64,000 nt of DNA from Bdellovibrionales bacterium (GTDB taxonomy: Bacteria; Bdellovibrionota; Bdellovibrionia; Bdellovibrionales; UBA1609). Positions within the stretch are counted from its first letter, which is position 1. Every line of letters starts with the position of its first letter. The position numbers and the translations under genes were made by a program. The notes beneath the pieces were generated by a model. It was not told where the DNA came from and ran no database searches. It saw nothing but the letters and a program-made list of their open reading frames with translations. The DNA is taken from assembly GCA_027317865.1 (NCBI GenBank), contig DAHVQG010000001.1:32001-96000 (forward strand), read 5' to 3'. Shown in pieces: positions 19,872 to 29,849 of the stretch.

Positions 19872-20828
19872 ATGATTAATACCACACTGACCACAAGAGC
19901 ATGGGCGCCTGATAAACAAGAAAGTTCCCTAAAACAAAGCGATACGCAAACTATGACGCCGCAAGAAGAAAAAAAGCTTCTGGGTGGCGAAAGCTTCGGC
20001 ACCTACCTGAATAAAATTGCAAACCCACACTGGAAGAGCCCGTCGAAAATTCAAAGTTACGGCGACAATAAACTCGATAAAAATGCGTTTATGAAATTGT
20101 TTTTAGCCCAGCTTAAAAACCAAGATCCCACGAACCCGATGAAAAGCCATCAACTTGCAGCGGAATTGGCACAATTTACGTCACTCGAAAAATTAACGAA
20201 CATCAATACGGCAATCGATTCGATGTCGAAGAAAAACGACGAAAACTCCCGGTTCGACGCCTTGGCTTTGATCGGCAAAGGTATATCGGGTGACTCTTCG
20301 AATATCGACCGAATGAGCATGACGGGTAAAAATGAAATTCAATTTCAATTATTAGCGCCCGCAACTCACGTTGTTTTTTCGATTCAAAACTCAAGCGGCC
20401 AAGAAGTTAAAAAACTGGTCGCCAAAAACTTGAAGTCCGGGCCAAATAAAATTCTATGGAACGGTCTTCTTGACAGCGGCGTACCCGCTCCAGAGGGTCA
20501 ATACCACGTTGTCATTACCGCAGAAAACGGGGCGGGGCAAAAAGTTGGCGTTCAAACTTCGTTCCGTGGAGTCGTCAGCGGCGTCAATTTTACTCCGAAC
20601 GGGCCGATTTTGATGATGGGTAATCAAGCGGTGAAACTCAAAAACGTGCAGCAAATTTTCGATCTCAATCCGGCGCATGACAATATCCCGCTTGCCAAAA
20701 CAAAATCACTAAAGGCAAAAAGCGACGGTAAGCCGATCGCAACCGCACCCAAAATGAGCGGTGACTTGCAGCATGTGGGGATGAGCCAGGGTTTGATAAA
20801 TAAAATTGGCAAAGAAGAAGCGGACTAA
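19872..20828 (+). CDS. flgD: flagellar hook capping protein FlgD
   Basis: FMKLFLAQLKNQDPTNPM, LAQFTSLE, WNG...G...PEGQY. Confidence 0.93.
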   Translation: MINTTLTTRAWAPDKQESSLKQSDTQTMTPQEEKKLLGGESFGTYLNKIANPHWKSPSKIQSYGDNKLDKNAFMKLFLAQLKNQDPTNPMKSHQLAAELAQFTSLEKLTNINTAIDSMSKKNDENSRFDALALIGKGISGDSSNIDRMSMTGKNEIQFQLLAPATHVVFSIQNSSGQEVKKLVAKNLKSGPNKILWNGLLDSGVPAPEGQYHVVITAENGAGQKVGVQTSFRGVVSGVNFTPNGPILMMGNQAVKLKNVQQIFDLNPAHDNIPLAKTKSLKAKSDGKPIATAPKMSGDLQHVGMSQGLINKIGKEEAD

Positions 20829-20882
20829 ACAAGGATAACGGGCGTGTTTAAATAACACGCGCTAGAGGAGGTGAGACAATAA

Positions 20883-21338
20883 ATGAATATTGAATTTTGG
20901 CGGCACGAATCGCCACACGTCGGCACCAATACGAACGTGAAAGGGATTTCAAGCGCCGAGAACATTGCGAGCGGCAAATCTAAAGATGCGGTCAAAGGTG
21001 AAAACTTTGAAGCGATGATCAGTAAATTAGATAAAGCCGATAATGCATTGGCGGCAAAAGAAGCCAAGGTTGAACCGGGTGCGCCAGTACTGAAATTTTC
21101 AAATCATGCAGTCGAGAGAATGAGCGCGCGGGGAATTCATTTCACTCCTCATGAAATTACAGAAATGGAATTCGCGGCAAAAAAGGCGGCGGCAAAGGGC
21201 AGTAAAGATGCTCTGATGATTACAAAAAACAGTGCGGCGATCGTAAGTTTAAAAAACAATACGGTAGTGACCGTGGTGGACCGAAACGCGCTAAAGAATA
21301 ACGTGTTTACAAATATTGATGCGACGATTTTTATTTAA
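20883..21338 (+). CDS. flagellar operon protein (TIGR02530-like)
   Basis: LKFSNHAVERMSARGI..KAAAKGSKDALM..IVSLKNNTVVTVVD..NVFTNIDA; between flgD and flgE. Confidence 0.85.
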   Translation: MNIEFWRHESPHVGTNTNVKGISSAENIASGKSKDAVKGENFEAMISKLDKADNALAAKEAKVEPGAPVLKFSNHAVERMSARGIHFTPHEITEMEFAAKKAAAKGSKDALMITKNSAAIVSLKNNTVVTVVDRNALKNNVFTNIDATIFI

Positions 21339-21349
21339 ACAAAAGGGCT

Positions 21350-21368
21350 GGTCCTCTTTGAGGGGGCC
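21350..21368 (+). other. GC-rich hairpin between the flagellar operon protein gene and flgE
   Basis: GGTCCTCT-TTG-AGGGGGCC stem-loop with a weak U-tract; possible partial terminator or processing/stabilising site. Confidence 0.35.
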
Positions 21369-21445
21369 CTTCATCACGCTGATGGTCTTCAAGCCGACCG
21401 ATTGACGCTTGAAAGATGTTCGGCGAAAAAACATGGAGGTTTTTT

Positions 21446-22738
21446 ATGGGAGTCTTATCCGCTCTATATACCGGTGTATCCGGTCTCGAGGCACAGGGGC
21501 AAGCCCTCGGGGTCATTGGCGACAACATCGCAAATGCCGACACGACAGGATTCAAAGCATCGCGGGCCGAATTTGATTCAATGATCGCCAAAAGCCTAAA
21601 AGGTATCTTGGGTGGTAACCAAATCGGGCGAGGTGTTAAGATTGGGGCTGTTGATCCGATATTGGTTCAAGGTAATACTGTTTCAACGGACAGCGCAACC
21701 GATCTGGCGATTTCTGGCGACGGCTATTTTTGCTTACACGGATCGGGTGGTGATTCGTTTACACGCGACGGGGCGTTTCACTTTGATCGCAACGGGTATC
21801 TTGTAACCGACGACGATCAACGCGTGCAAGGGTTTCAAACGGATTCGCGCGGCGCTATAGTCAATAAGCTTGGGGATATTAAATTCCCGCATGCGTTAGT
21901 TCCGGCCAAGGCGACGGCGAAAATTAAATTGAGTTTAAACCTCGATTCGCGAATCGGTGTCGGGCATAAACTTAAAGTATTTAATGTAAAACATCCTTAT
22001 GAAAGTTCTGATTTTGCGACAGGTGTTGAGATGTACGACTCGCAAGGTAACCGCCACTTGGTGACGTTGTTCTTTAACAAAATTGGCAATCGCACGTGGG
22101 AGTATCGCGGTATGTGCGACGGCAAAGAAGTCACGGGCGGCGTGCCAGGTAAAATGAAACAAGTTGTCGGTGGAACTCTCACGTTTACCGTTGACGGCAA
22201 ACTTCAGAGCGATAAAGAGACAATGTCGGCGTTTAATTTCAAAGGCGGCGCGCTTCAAAATCAAAAGGTGCAGCTGTATTTTGGCGACGCCATCGATAAG
22301 GGCGGCACAGGTCTAAAAGGGACAAAACAGTACGGTCGAGAAAGTGATCTGCTCAGTTGGTCGCAAAACGGCTCTTCAGCCGGTACGATTGTTAACTTGT
22401 CGTTCAACGACCAGGGTATTCTTACAGCCCTGTATTCGAACGGAACTACGCAAAACTTGGCACAAGTTGCCCTGGCGAAGTTTGAAGATCCTGAGGCGCT
22501 TTTCAAGGTGGGTGATAACCGGTTAAAAGAAGCCCGCGATTCCGGACCAGCTTCGATCGGTAAACCGAATCACGCTGGCCGCGGCAAAGTGTACGCAAAG
22601 TCGCTCGAACGATCGACAGTGGATTTGGCCAATCAGTTTGTAAAACTCATAGAAAATGAACGCGGGTTTCAAGCTAACGCCAAAGTAATTACGACCACAG
22701 ACCAACTTCTCAGCGACGTGATTAACCTCAAGCGGTAA
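21446..22738 (+). CDS. flgE: flagellar hook protein FlgE
   Basis: LYTGVSGL..VIGDNIANADTTGFK, TDLAISGDGYF, FTRDGAF, LERSTVDLA, RGFQANAKVITT; GGAGG RBS before ATG 21446. Confidence 0.96.
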   Translation: MGVLSALYTGVSGLEAQGQALGVIGDNIANADTTGFKASRAEFDSMIAKSLKGILGGNQIGRGVKIGAVDPILVQGNTVSTDSATDLAISGDGYFCLHGSGGDSFTRDGAFHFDRNGYLVTDDDQRVQGFQTDSRGAIVNKLGDIKFPHALVPAKATAKIKLSLNLDSRIGVGHKLKVFNVKHPYESSDFATGVEMYDSQGNRHLVTLFFNKIGNRTWEYRGMCDGKEVTGGVPGKMKQVVGGTLTFTVDGKLQSDKETMSAFNFKGGALQNQKVQLYFGDAIDKGGTGLKGTKQYGRESDLLSWSQNGSSAGTIVNLSFNDQGILTALYSNGTTQNLAQVALAKFEDPEALFKVGDNRLKEARDSGPASIGKPNHAGRGKVYAKSLERSTVDLANQFVKLIENERGFQANAKVITTTDQLLSDVINLKR

Positions 22739-22768
22739 TCTGAAACATTAAACAGTAAATTAAGCACA

Positions 22769-22790
22769 AGGGGCTCGGGAACGGGCCCCT
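22769..22790. terminator. hairpin between convergent flgE and hypothetical gene
   Basis: AGGGGCTCG-GGAA-CGGGCCCCT stem-loop. Confidence 0.55.
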
Positions 22791-23769
22791 AGTCGTATTC
22801 GCTGAGTTGATTTTTCAAATTTTCAATTTCCGATTGATTGGGATTCGACTTTTTCTCTTCGGCGGCAATCTTTGCTTTTAATTCGCGCGCTTGCGCAAGA
22901 TCGAATGCTAAGCGGCGCGCATAATCTTTTTTAAAAGCGGTCTCTTCTTCGCGAGGTTGAAACACTCGCGAAAGATTTGAAACAGTGTTGTGAAAATTGG
23001 AACACGCAGCCGGCAACTTCGGCACGGCCATTGCAAAGTAGCACATTGAATAGGCGGTCAACGCCGAAAAGACAAGCCGCTTGGTCTTTTCTAAATAATA
23101 TTTTGCAACTACCGCCGATTGATAACGCCGCCCAATAATATTTGATAGGGTTTGCGCTCCTTGATTTTGCCAGACTTGATAATCCCGAAGATTGGGTTGC
23201 AAACTTCGCGGTGAACGCCATAATTTTTCGGCAACTCTTTTTGGCAGCAACTTTTGGGCGGTAAGTAACGGAAGGTGATCGAGGAGCATGTACATTTGCT
23301 CGTTTAGTTGCTGAATCTGTAGCAGCCCGGAAGTTGGCATTGGGGTCTCGCGTTTTGGTAAGCTCCAAAACCAAGTTTGCATTTGAAGTGTGTAGAGCGC
23401 GCCGGCGGTTTGCCAAACCGCAAGTTGTCGATCGTATTCGCTCATTTGCGGTCGGGTTCGCTCGACGAGTATTTTTTCTTTTCTAAACCGCGAAATGAAA
23501 CTCTGTGCAAATAACTGCCAAGGTTTTCGCCGCCGCTGTTTTATGACGTGAATTTGGCCCGAATCGAGTTCATCGGTGATTCGAAAGAGCCCGAGGTGAT
23601 GTATAAATTCGATCGGCCGAAAACGTTGTTCAGTCCAAGTGACTGGTGCCGCTGAAATAATGTCGTAACAACTTTCAATCTTCGGCGCGGGAGAGCCGTC
23701 GGCGTTTGCCGCACCGAAGATAGCGATTACGATCGCGATTAAAAAAGCAAATGCGCCATACCGATTCAT
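22789..23769 (-). CDS. hypothetical secreted/membrane protein
   Basis: 326-aa ORF with signal peptide (ANA-D) and C-terminal coiled coil; no family recognised. Confidence 0.65.
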   Translation of the reverse strand: MNRYGAFAFLIAIVIAIFGAANADGSPAPKIESCYDIISAAPVTWTEQRFRPIEFIHHLGLFRITDELDSGQIHVIKQRRRKPWQLFAQSFISRFRKEKILVERTRPQMSEYDRQLAVWQTAGALYTLQMQTWFWSLPKRETPMPTSGLLQIQQLNEQMYMLLDHLPLLTAQKLLPKRVAEKLWRSPRSLQPNLRDYQVWQNQGAQTLSNIIGRRYQSAVVAKYYLEKTKRLVFSALTAYSMCYFAMAVPKLPAACSNFHNTVSNLSRVFQPREEETAFKKDYARRLAFDLAQARELKAKIAAEEKKSNPNQSEIENLKNQLSEYD

Positions 23770-23778
23770 TTGGGGGGC

Positions 23779-24747
23779 TTAGCGGCTTGGCGTTGGAGTG
23801 CTTTCGTAACATACGGAATCACTCCGAACGTCAGTAATATATAATTTGTTTTTAATCGCATCCCAGGTTCGATCAAAAGCGCATTTAATGCCATGCCCAG
23901 CGACTTGCATCCCGCTCTTTGTGTCGCCGACAGCCTGATTTGTGGCCGTTGCCGTATTACTTTTAACCAAATCGACAAGAGAGTGCCAGGTTAATCCTTC
24001 GCCGGTGTTCGTGATGTTGTCGATGGCCATAAATGGAACTTGAACTTCAGCAACCGGCTCGCTGTTATTGTAGTCAAGCATGGCGATGACGGCGCGGCTC
24101 CCGTGAAAATTGGTCAACCAAGATCCACCGATTGACCCTTTGCTTGTTCGAAGGGCCGTGCGAAACGGGTAATCCCACTCGCCGCTAATTCCTGTGTAAA
24201 AGCCGTTCAACGAATTGATGTCTTTTACGGCATTGGGAGTCGTCGTATAGAAAACGATCAGACCTAGCTGGACATCCGCAGGAGGTGAGCGTTTGCCAAA
24301 AGCATAAGTCGGTGCGATTGGAACTAAATTGAAAAACGGCGTTAGGCCAGGGCCGGTTTGACTAAATGAAAAAAAGCTAGCTCCGAAGCCCATGCGAAAG
24401 GCCGTAGACATATTTTTTACCGGAAGTGGAATGTTGAAATCGGGCGCGACAAACAAACCAAGCCCCCATACGACATAATTCGGACCGAGCGCGTGTATAC
24501 CGGAATAAATCTGCGGAACGATTTCTCGGCAAATATGTGCTTCTTTTTCAAGCGCCAGAACGTTAATGGGCTGCTTCAATGTCGCCGCTTTTCTGTTAAT
24601 TAAATCGGTAAGAGCCTGGCAGGCTGCCAACGATTCAACTTTTACGACTGGGTGTAACGACTGTTTTGTAACGGTAGCGGCTTTGGCGAAAGCACTCAGT
24701 GAAAGGGCCGCTAAAAATGCCGCAATAGTATCCGCGTACGGGCGCAT
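23779..24747 (-). CDS. hypothetical secreted protein
   Basis: GGAGG RBS before ATG 24747; signal peptide (AKA-A); beta-rich core; paired Cys. Confidence 0.7.
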   Translation of the reverse strand: MRPYADTIAAFLAALSLSAFAKAATVTKQSLHPVVKVESLAACQALTDLINRKAATLKQPINVLALEKEAHICREIVPQIYSGIHALGPNYVVWGLGLFVAPDFNIPLPVKNMSTAFRMGFGASFFSFSQTGPGLTPFFNLVPIAPTYAFGKRSPPADVQLGLIVFYTTTPNAVKDINSLNGFYTGISGEWDYPFRTALRTSKGSIGGSWLTNFHGSRAVIAMLDYNNSEPVAEVQVPFMAIDNITNTGEGLTWHSLVDLVKSNTATATNQAVGDTKSGMQVAGHGIKCAFDRTWDAIKNKLYITDVRSDSVCYESTPTPSR

Positions 24748-24791
24748 GACGTCCTCCAATAATTAAGGTGCATAAGCGTTTTTGTGAACAC

Positions 24792-24807
24792 TGCAATCTA
24801 TTGGCCA
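24792..24807 (-). promoter_or_regulatory. sigma54 promoter of the two-gene secreted-protein unit
   Basis: Minus strand TGGCCAATAGATTGCA, GG-N10-GC, about 45 nt upstream of ATG. Confidence 0.65.
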
Positions 24808-24914
24808 TACGTCAGAACGAACTCAGTCGATGAAGAAGTATCGGTTTTGCCGAAGTCCGTCACTTGATTTGAATTTGCTACAGACTTCGCCGTGAGAAGG
24901 GTTTGAACGAAAAA

Positions 24915-25907
24915 TTAATTCGACAGGATTTTAGCCAGTTCAATTAAACTATGATCGACATGTTTCTTCTTATGAAGGCAGTCTGAAAGTTCACAGGTGA
25001 CCATTTCCTGACCACGCACGCCAATCATGATATCGCACTGTCCGTGCAATATTTCATCCACGGACTTTGCGCCCATCCGACTTGCGAGAAGACGATCCAT
25101 AGCAGTGGGGGCGCCGCCGCGTTGAATGTGACCGAGAACGCAAACTTTTGATTCGAGTCCGGAGCTCTTTCGAATTTCATCAGCGAGATCGTACGCGCGA
25201 CCGGGCTTTGGCCCTTCGGCAGCGACTAAGATAGATGACATTTTACCGCGTGCAATCCCTCGCTTGATGAGTTCAATTGTATGTTTAAGTTCAAACGGAT
25301 GTTCAGGTATAAAAATATCTTCAGCACCGCCCGCTAAACCCGCCGCGACGGCGATAAACCCGGATTCGCGGCCCATAACCTCAATTATAAATAAACGATC
25401 ATGGCTTGCTGCCGTGTCGCGAATCCGGTCGATCGCATCGAGCGCCGTGTTGACTGCGGTGTCAAATCCGATGGTGTATTCTGTGCCGTAAATATCATTG
25501 TCTATAGTTCCGGGTATACCAACCACCGGAATTTGCTGCTCTTGCCACAATAAATTCGCTCCCGTAAATGAGCCATCGCCACCTATGCAGATAAGTCCGT
25601 CGATGCCAAAAGAGCGTAAATTTTCAGCGGCTATTTTTCGATACTTGGCTTCGCGAAATTCCGGGCAACGCCCAGCTTTCAAAATGCTGCCGCCGCGTTG
25701 GATGATATTGGCGACAGAACGTAGCTCCATTTCGTTAAATTCTTTTTTGAGAAAGCCCGTATATCCTTGAACAATCCCGACGACGCGAAGGTTTCGCAAA
25801 ATCGCGGTACGCACAACAGCGCGAATAGCCGCGTTCATGCCGGGGGCGTCGCCACCGCTTGCATAAACGCCGATCGACTTTAAATTTTTAGAATCAAAAT
25901 GCGCCAT
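24915..25907 (-). CDS. pfkA: ATP-dependent 6-phosphofructokinase
   Basis: SGGDAPGMNAAIRAVVR, GGDGS, PGTIDND, IEVMGR, LGHIQRGG. Confidence 0.97.
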   Translation of the reverse strand: MAHFDSKNLKSIGVYASGGDAPGMNAAIRAVVRTAILRNLRVVGIVQGYTGFLKKEFNEMELRSVANIIQRGGSILKAGRCPEFREAKYRKIAAENLRSFGIDGLICIGGDGSFTGANLLWQEQQIPVVGIPGTIDNDIYGTEYTIGFDTAVNTALDAIDRIRDTAASHDRLFIIEVMGRESGFIAVAAGLAGGAEDIFIPEHPFELKHTIELIKRGIARGKMSSILVAAEGPKPGRAYDLADEIRKSSGLESKVCVLGHIQRGGAPTAMDRLLASRMGAKSVDEILHGQCDIMIGVRGQEMVTCELSDCLHKKKHVDHSLIELAKILSN

Positions 25908-25961
25908 GACAGGAGTTCATCGTCGCTGCATGACGAAATTGAGTCAAGCGAGTTCGATGGA

Positions 25962-26594
25962 CTACTGAATTCTGACAGCTGTGCCGGAACCTATAACACC
26001 GTTATCGTAAATGAGCTGCACGCTCGCCGTGCTATTGACTCCCGCAGTTGGTGAACCGTTGACTTGAATTTGCAGTAATCCTCCAGCCGAGTTTACACCA
26101 CCGTACCAACTATACGTGGGCCCGACTGAAATATTGGCTTCAAATCCAGAGTTACTGTTGATCGGATAAAAATTTGCCGAGGCGCTTGGCGCAGCGACAC
26201 CCGCGCCCATGAAGCTCGCGGTAAGAAATTGAATTTGACCCGGCGAAGTACCAGTTGGCGGCGTACTAAAAGTGTCGTCTTCAAGAGTCAGTCGTAAAGT
26301 TGGCTGACCAATCCCAGAGCAGCTGTAACTGCTGCAAACGCCGGCCGCGCTCATAACTTGATCCCAGGCGGCACCATTCGTGACATTAAGTGAAGTCGTT
26401 TGATAAACAGCGGTGTTGGGATTCGCATATGGGGTGCCGTAGCCATAGCCATAAGGGCTATATGGTCCTGCGGTACATCCGGTCGGGCCGCAGTTAGGGT
26501 TGTACGGAGCGTTGCTGTTACTTCCCGTTGAACCGCATCCCATAAGCGAAAACAAAATGGTAAAAGCGGTGAGTGTCAATACAATGGCTTTCAT
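25962..26594 (-). CDS. hypothetical lipoprotein, Gly/Ser/Thr/Tyr-rich
   Basis: Lipobox LMGC, GAGGAG RBS, low-complexity PYSPYGYGYG segment, two Cys pairs. Confidence 0.7.
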   Translation of the reverse strand: MKAIVLTLTAFTILFSLMGCGSTGSNSNAPYNPNCGPTGCTAGPYSPYGYGYGTPYANPNTAVYQTTSLNVTNGAAWDQVMSAAGVCSSYSCSGIGQPTLRLTLEDDTFSTPPTGTSPGQIQFLTASFMGAGVAAPSASANFYPINSNSGFEANISVGPTYSWYGGVNSAGGLLQIQVNGSPTAGVNSTASVQLIYDNGVIGSGTAVRIQ

Positions 26595-26623
26595 AGAAAA
26601 GCTCCTCTTCTCAATGAAATCTA

Positions 26624-26640
26624 TTCATAATTTATGCCAA
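26624..26640 (-). promoter_or_regulatory. possible sigma54 promoter (GA variant at -12)
   Basis: Minus strand TTGGCATAAATTATGAA, GG-N10-GA, upstream of the lipoprotein gene. Confidence 0.4.
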
Positions 26641-26697
26641 TTTTCGCAGCCACTATACGAGGTTGAAAGTGCTTTTAGATGACAAATTAAGGCTTCA

Positions 26698-28407
26698 ATG
26701 CCAATTTTTGTCTCTATGAAACAATTTAAATTATTTTGTGTAGTAGCCGGATTCGCCTTCACTTCGGTTTTTTCGACCCGCGCAGTAGCGCTGCCATTTG
26801 AGGGTCATCGCATCGTTATGAGCGTTGCCAACCGCTACGCCGCGCTTGCTGGCCAAGATATAGCTGAGCACGGCGGCAACGTTGTCGACTGCGCAATAGC
26901 CATGGTTCTCGTTATGGCCGTGACCAATCCCACTTTTGGAGCGTTGGGTGGCGGAGGATTTGCGCTTGTGAAAATGAACGGCCCCGTTCGCGCGCTCGAT
27001 TTTCGTGAAACAGCAACGGCTGCAATGACGCCGACATATTATTTAAAAAAAGCTCGCAACGCCTCTATCACCGGGGGGGCGTCTGTTGGAGTGCCGGGGA
27101 TTGTGGCCGGTCTTTGGGAGCTTCACAAACGTTATGGCCACCTGCCGTGGAAGATGCTTTTTACCCGCGCGCTTTTTCTTGCCCGCCACGGCTTTCGGCT
27201 CAGCGGTAAGGTTTACGACGCGCTTTTATCAAATAAAAAAAGATTTAATTTAAAAGCGCGCGAACTCTTTTTAAAAGACGGCAAGCCTTATTTGCCAGGA
27301 TCAATCATTGTACAAAAGGGGCTTTGGCAAGCTTTGCGCATGATTCGTGATCGTGGCGCAAATGCGTTTTATTCTGGGCCCATTGCTCGTGATATTGTCA
27401 AAGCCGTGCGTGCCACGGGCGGCGATATGGTGATGAATGATTTAAACAAATATCACGTTGTTTGGCGCAAGCCACTTGTTACTCAATATCACGGTTATGA
27501 CGTTTACTTGATGCCGCCACCGAGTAGCGGCGGTATTATCACGATTCGCGCGCTTCGCCTGCTTGATTTATCCGGAATCGACAAGACTCCGTTACTTAGT
27601 GCCAATGAATTTAGTTTAATGGGTCAAGTTTTGGAGCGCGCCTTTATGGATCGCAGTGACATGGGCGACCCGGCGTTTGTTAATATGAAATTGTCGACCT
27701 ATATAAACCCCGTGCGCTTGCGAAAACTGGCTGGCTCCATTCGAATGAACCACGTAATGTCAGCCAAAGAATTGGCCGCTTACATGGGGGTGCCATTTCA
27801 TCCTGCTAAAATGCCGGGCGAACCCGAAGCGCGTGAGACAACGCATTTGTCGGTTCTTGATAGCAAAGGTCACGCCGTTTCAATGACCTATACTCTCAAC
27901 GGAAATTTCGGCTCGGGCGTAGCCACTTCAAAATACGGTATTATGCTTAACGATGAAATGGATGATTTTACAACTCATCCTGGCAAGCCCAATATGTTTG
28001 GCCTTATTCAAGGCAAAAGCAACGATGTGCAAGCCGGCAAGCGGCCATTGAGTTCAATGAGTCCAACAATGGTGGCGAAAAACGGTAAAATTATAATGGC
28101 GCTCGGGGCTCCCGGTGGGCCGCGTATTATCTCAAGCATAATTCAAGTACTTTATCGCGTGCTGGCGCGCCACGAAGCTCTTGAGCCGGCAATCGAAGCA
28201 CCGCGCGTTCATCATCAATTTTTGCCGGATATTTTGTACTACGATGATGATGGCCGCATGCCATATGATGCGATCAAAATTCTTAAAACACGCTGGCCGC
28301 ACGTAAAGGCCGGTTGGCAAGCGCACGTCTTCGCGGTCATGAACGTAAACGGTATTCTTCAGGGAGTGGTCGACACTCGCGACGAAGGTCTTGCCGCTGG
28401 GTTTTGA
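26698..28407 (+). CDS. ggt: gamma-glutamyltransferase
   Basis: GGNVVD, GGGGF, DFRETA, VGVPG, PPPSSGG, ETTHLSVLD (catalytic Thr), NDEMDDF, KRPLSSMSPT, GAPGG. Confidence 0.95.
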   Translation: MPIFVSMKQFKLFCVVAGFAFTSVFSTRAVALPFEGHRIVMSVANRYAALAGQDIAEHGGNVVDCAIAMVLVMAVTNPTFGALGGGGFALVKMNGPVRALDFRETATAAMTPTYYLKKARNASITGGASVGVPGIVAGLWELHKRYGHLPWKMLFTRALFLARHGFRLSGKVYDALLSNKKRFNLKARELFLKDGKPYLPGSIIVQKGLWQALRMIRDRGANAFYSGPIARDIVKAVRATGGDMVMNDLNKYHVVWRKPLVTQYHGYDVYLMPPPSSGGIITIRALRLLDLSGIDKTPLLSANEFSLMGQVLERAFMDRSDMGDPAFVNMKLSTYINPVRLRKLAGSIRMNHVMSAKELAAYMGVPFHPAKMPGEPEARETTHLSVLDSKGHAVSMTYTLNGNFGSGVATSKYGIMLNDEMDDFTTHPGKPNMFGLIQGKSNDVQAGKRPLSSMSPTMVAKNGKIIMALGAPGGPRIISSIIQVLYRVLARHEALEPAIEAPRVHHQFLPDILYYDDDGRMPYDAIKILKTRWPHVKAGWQAHVFAVMNVNGILQGVVDTRDEGLAAGF

Positions 28408-28425
28408 TTCGTTATCTAAATATCC

Positions 28426-29247
28426 TCATGTAATTTTTTGCGAACGGCGCTCTAGCCTTATGAGGTTTGTGACTGCAAATATGATTGCAAATATGCTGAT
28501 CACGGTTGAAATGCTGAGCCCCATTATGTCGGGGCCGCGCCAATCGGCCCTGTAGTGTTCCATTATAATTCGGCCGATGGCGTGCAATACGAGCCAAACT
28601 GAAAACAAATAGCCGCTACTCTTGAGCGCATCGAAGCTTGCGGTGCCATCAGGCATCGTCGTCGGTCGATCAGCGCGCGCACGAATTTCCTTTTCGAACC
28701 GAGTCAGAATAATAAACACAATAAAACCTGAAATGCTCGCATAGATTTCGGTCGGCTGCCGTGGGCCCTTCGGCAGCCACGGGTAATGAAATGTGATCGC
28801 CCACGGCAAATGGCATGGTTTACCGTAACAACAACCGGCAAGAAGACAGCCAATGCGCCCGACGCCGTAACCAAGCGCCAAAATGGGGGCAAAGAAATCG
28901 GCCCACGGCCAAAATTTTTCACGCCTAATTCTGAGCGCGATGGCGCCGGCGAGAAGTGCCCCCAAAAGACCGCCGTAAAAAACAAAACCGCCGTGCCAAA
29001 ATTCAAAGATCATAAGCGGATGCTTGCGGTAAAAAGGCCACTCTTCGTAAAAAACGGAAAAAAGCCGTGCGCCTATAAACCCGCCGATCATAACGATAAA
29101 TGCGAGATCAAGCGCAAGCTTGCGGGGCATTTCAAGTCTTTCGGCTCTGTGCGCGAGATAGATCAAACAGAGGCTATAGGTGACGCTCGCCCAAACGAAA
29201 TAAGTTGGAATATAAAGGTTAGGACCCAGATGAAGAAGCGGGAGCAT
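28426..29247 (-). CDS. lgt: prolipoprotein diacylglyceryl transferase
   Basis: GARL, WHGGFVFYGG, GRIGCLLAGCCYG, PTEIY, RIIMEHYR. Confidence 0.92.
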   Translation of the reverse strand: MLPLLHLGPNLYIPTYFVWASVTYSLCLIYLAHRAERLEMPRKLALDLAFIVMIGGFIGARLFSVFYEEWPFYRKHPLMIFEFWHGGFVFYGGLLGALLAGAIALRIRREKFWPWADFFAPILALGYGVGRIGCLLAGCCYGKPCHLPWAITFHYPWLPKGPRQPTEIYASISGFIVFIILTRFEKEIRARADRPTTMPDGTASFDALKSSGYLFSVWLVLHAIGRIIMEHYRADWRGPDIMGLSISTVISIFAIIFAVTNLIRLERRSQKIT

Positions 29248-29776
29248 CTTTCTTCTTTTTTGTAAGCATGAGAATCGTCAAAATGCCAACGCCAATTACG
29301 ATCGAAGAGTCGGCAAGATTAAAAACGGGGTAGTGATAAACATTGCGATAATGAAAATCTAGAAAATCAATTACGTACCCAAACCGCAACCGGTCGATGT
29401 AATTGCCGATGGCCCCTCCACTGATAAGAGAGAGCGCGTAAATTTCAAGACGCTCCGTCTCGGGCAATCCGTAAAGAAACAATACAATAATGAAAACGGC
29501 GATAGGCGGAATCGACAAGAAAAAGATTTCGCGAAAGGTGTAATGGGCGCGGCTCAGAATCCCCCAAGCGGCTCCGGTGTTGCGCACGTAAGTAAGACTA
29601 AAAAAACCGTGAATGATTCTGACGGATTGATCGAGATTAAATGTCGAATGCACGAGCATTTTTGTAAACTGATCGAGCGCGACGACCGCCAGAGAAACCG
29701 CGATAAGAACCATGTATTTCGATCCGGCAAAACGTCTGGGGGCGCCTGGTTTGCGAGTGACGGTGTCATTAGCCAT
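29219..29776 (-). CDS. lspA: signal peptidase II
   Basis: DQFTK, RNTGAAWG, GAIGNYIDR, VIDF, FNLAD. Confidence 0.96.
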   Translation of the reverse strand: MANDTVTRKPGAPRRFAGSKYMVLIAVSLAVVALDQFTKMLVHSTFNLDQSVRIIHGFFSLTYVRNTGAAWGILSRAHYTFREIFFLSIPPIAVFIIVLFLYGLPETERLEIYALSLISGGAIGNYIDRLRFGYVIDFLDFHYRNVYHYPVFNLADSSIVIGVGILTILMLTKKKKDAPASSSGS

Positions 29777-29849
29777 GCTGCTAGTTTAAACGCAGCCGCA
29801 TAAATTGCAAGTGCCCTGAGTGTTGTATCTATGCTTCGCGCCTGTTCGA

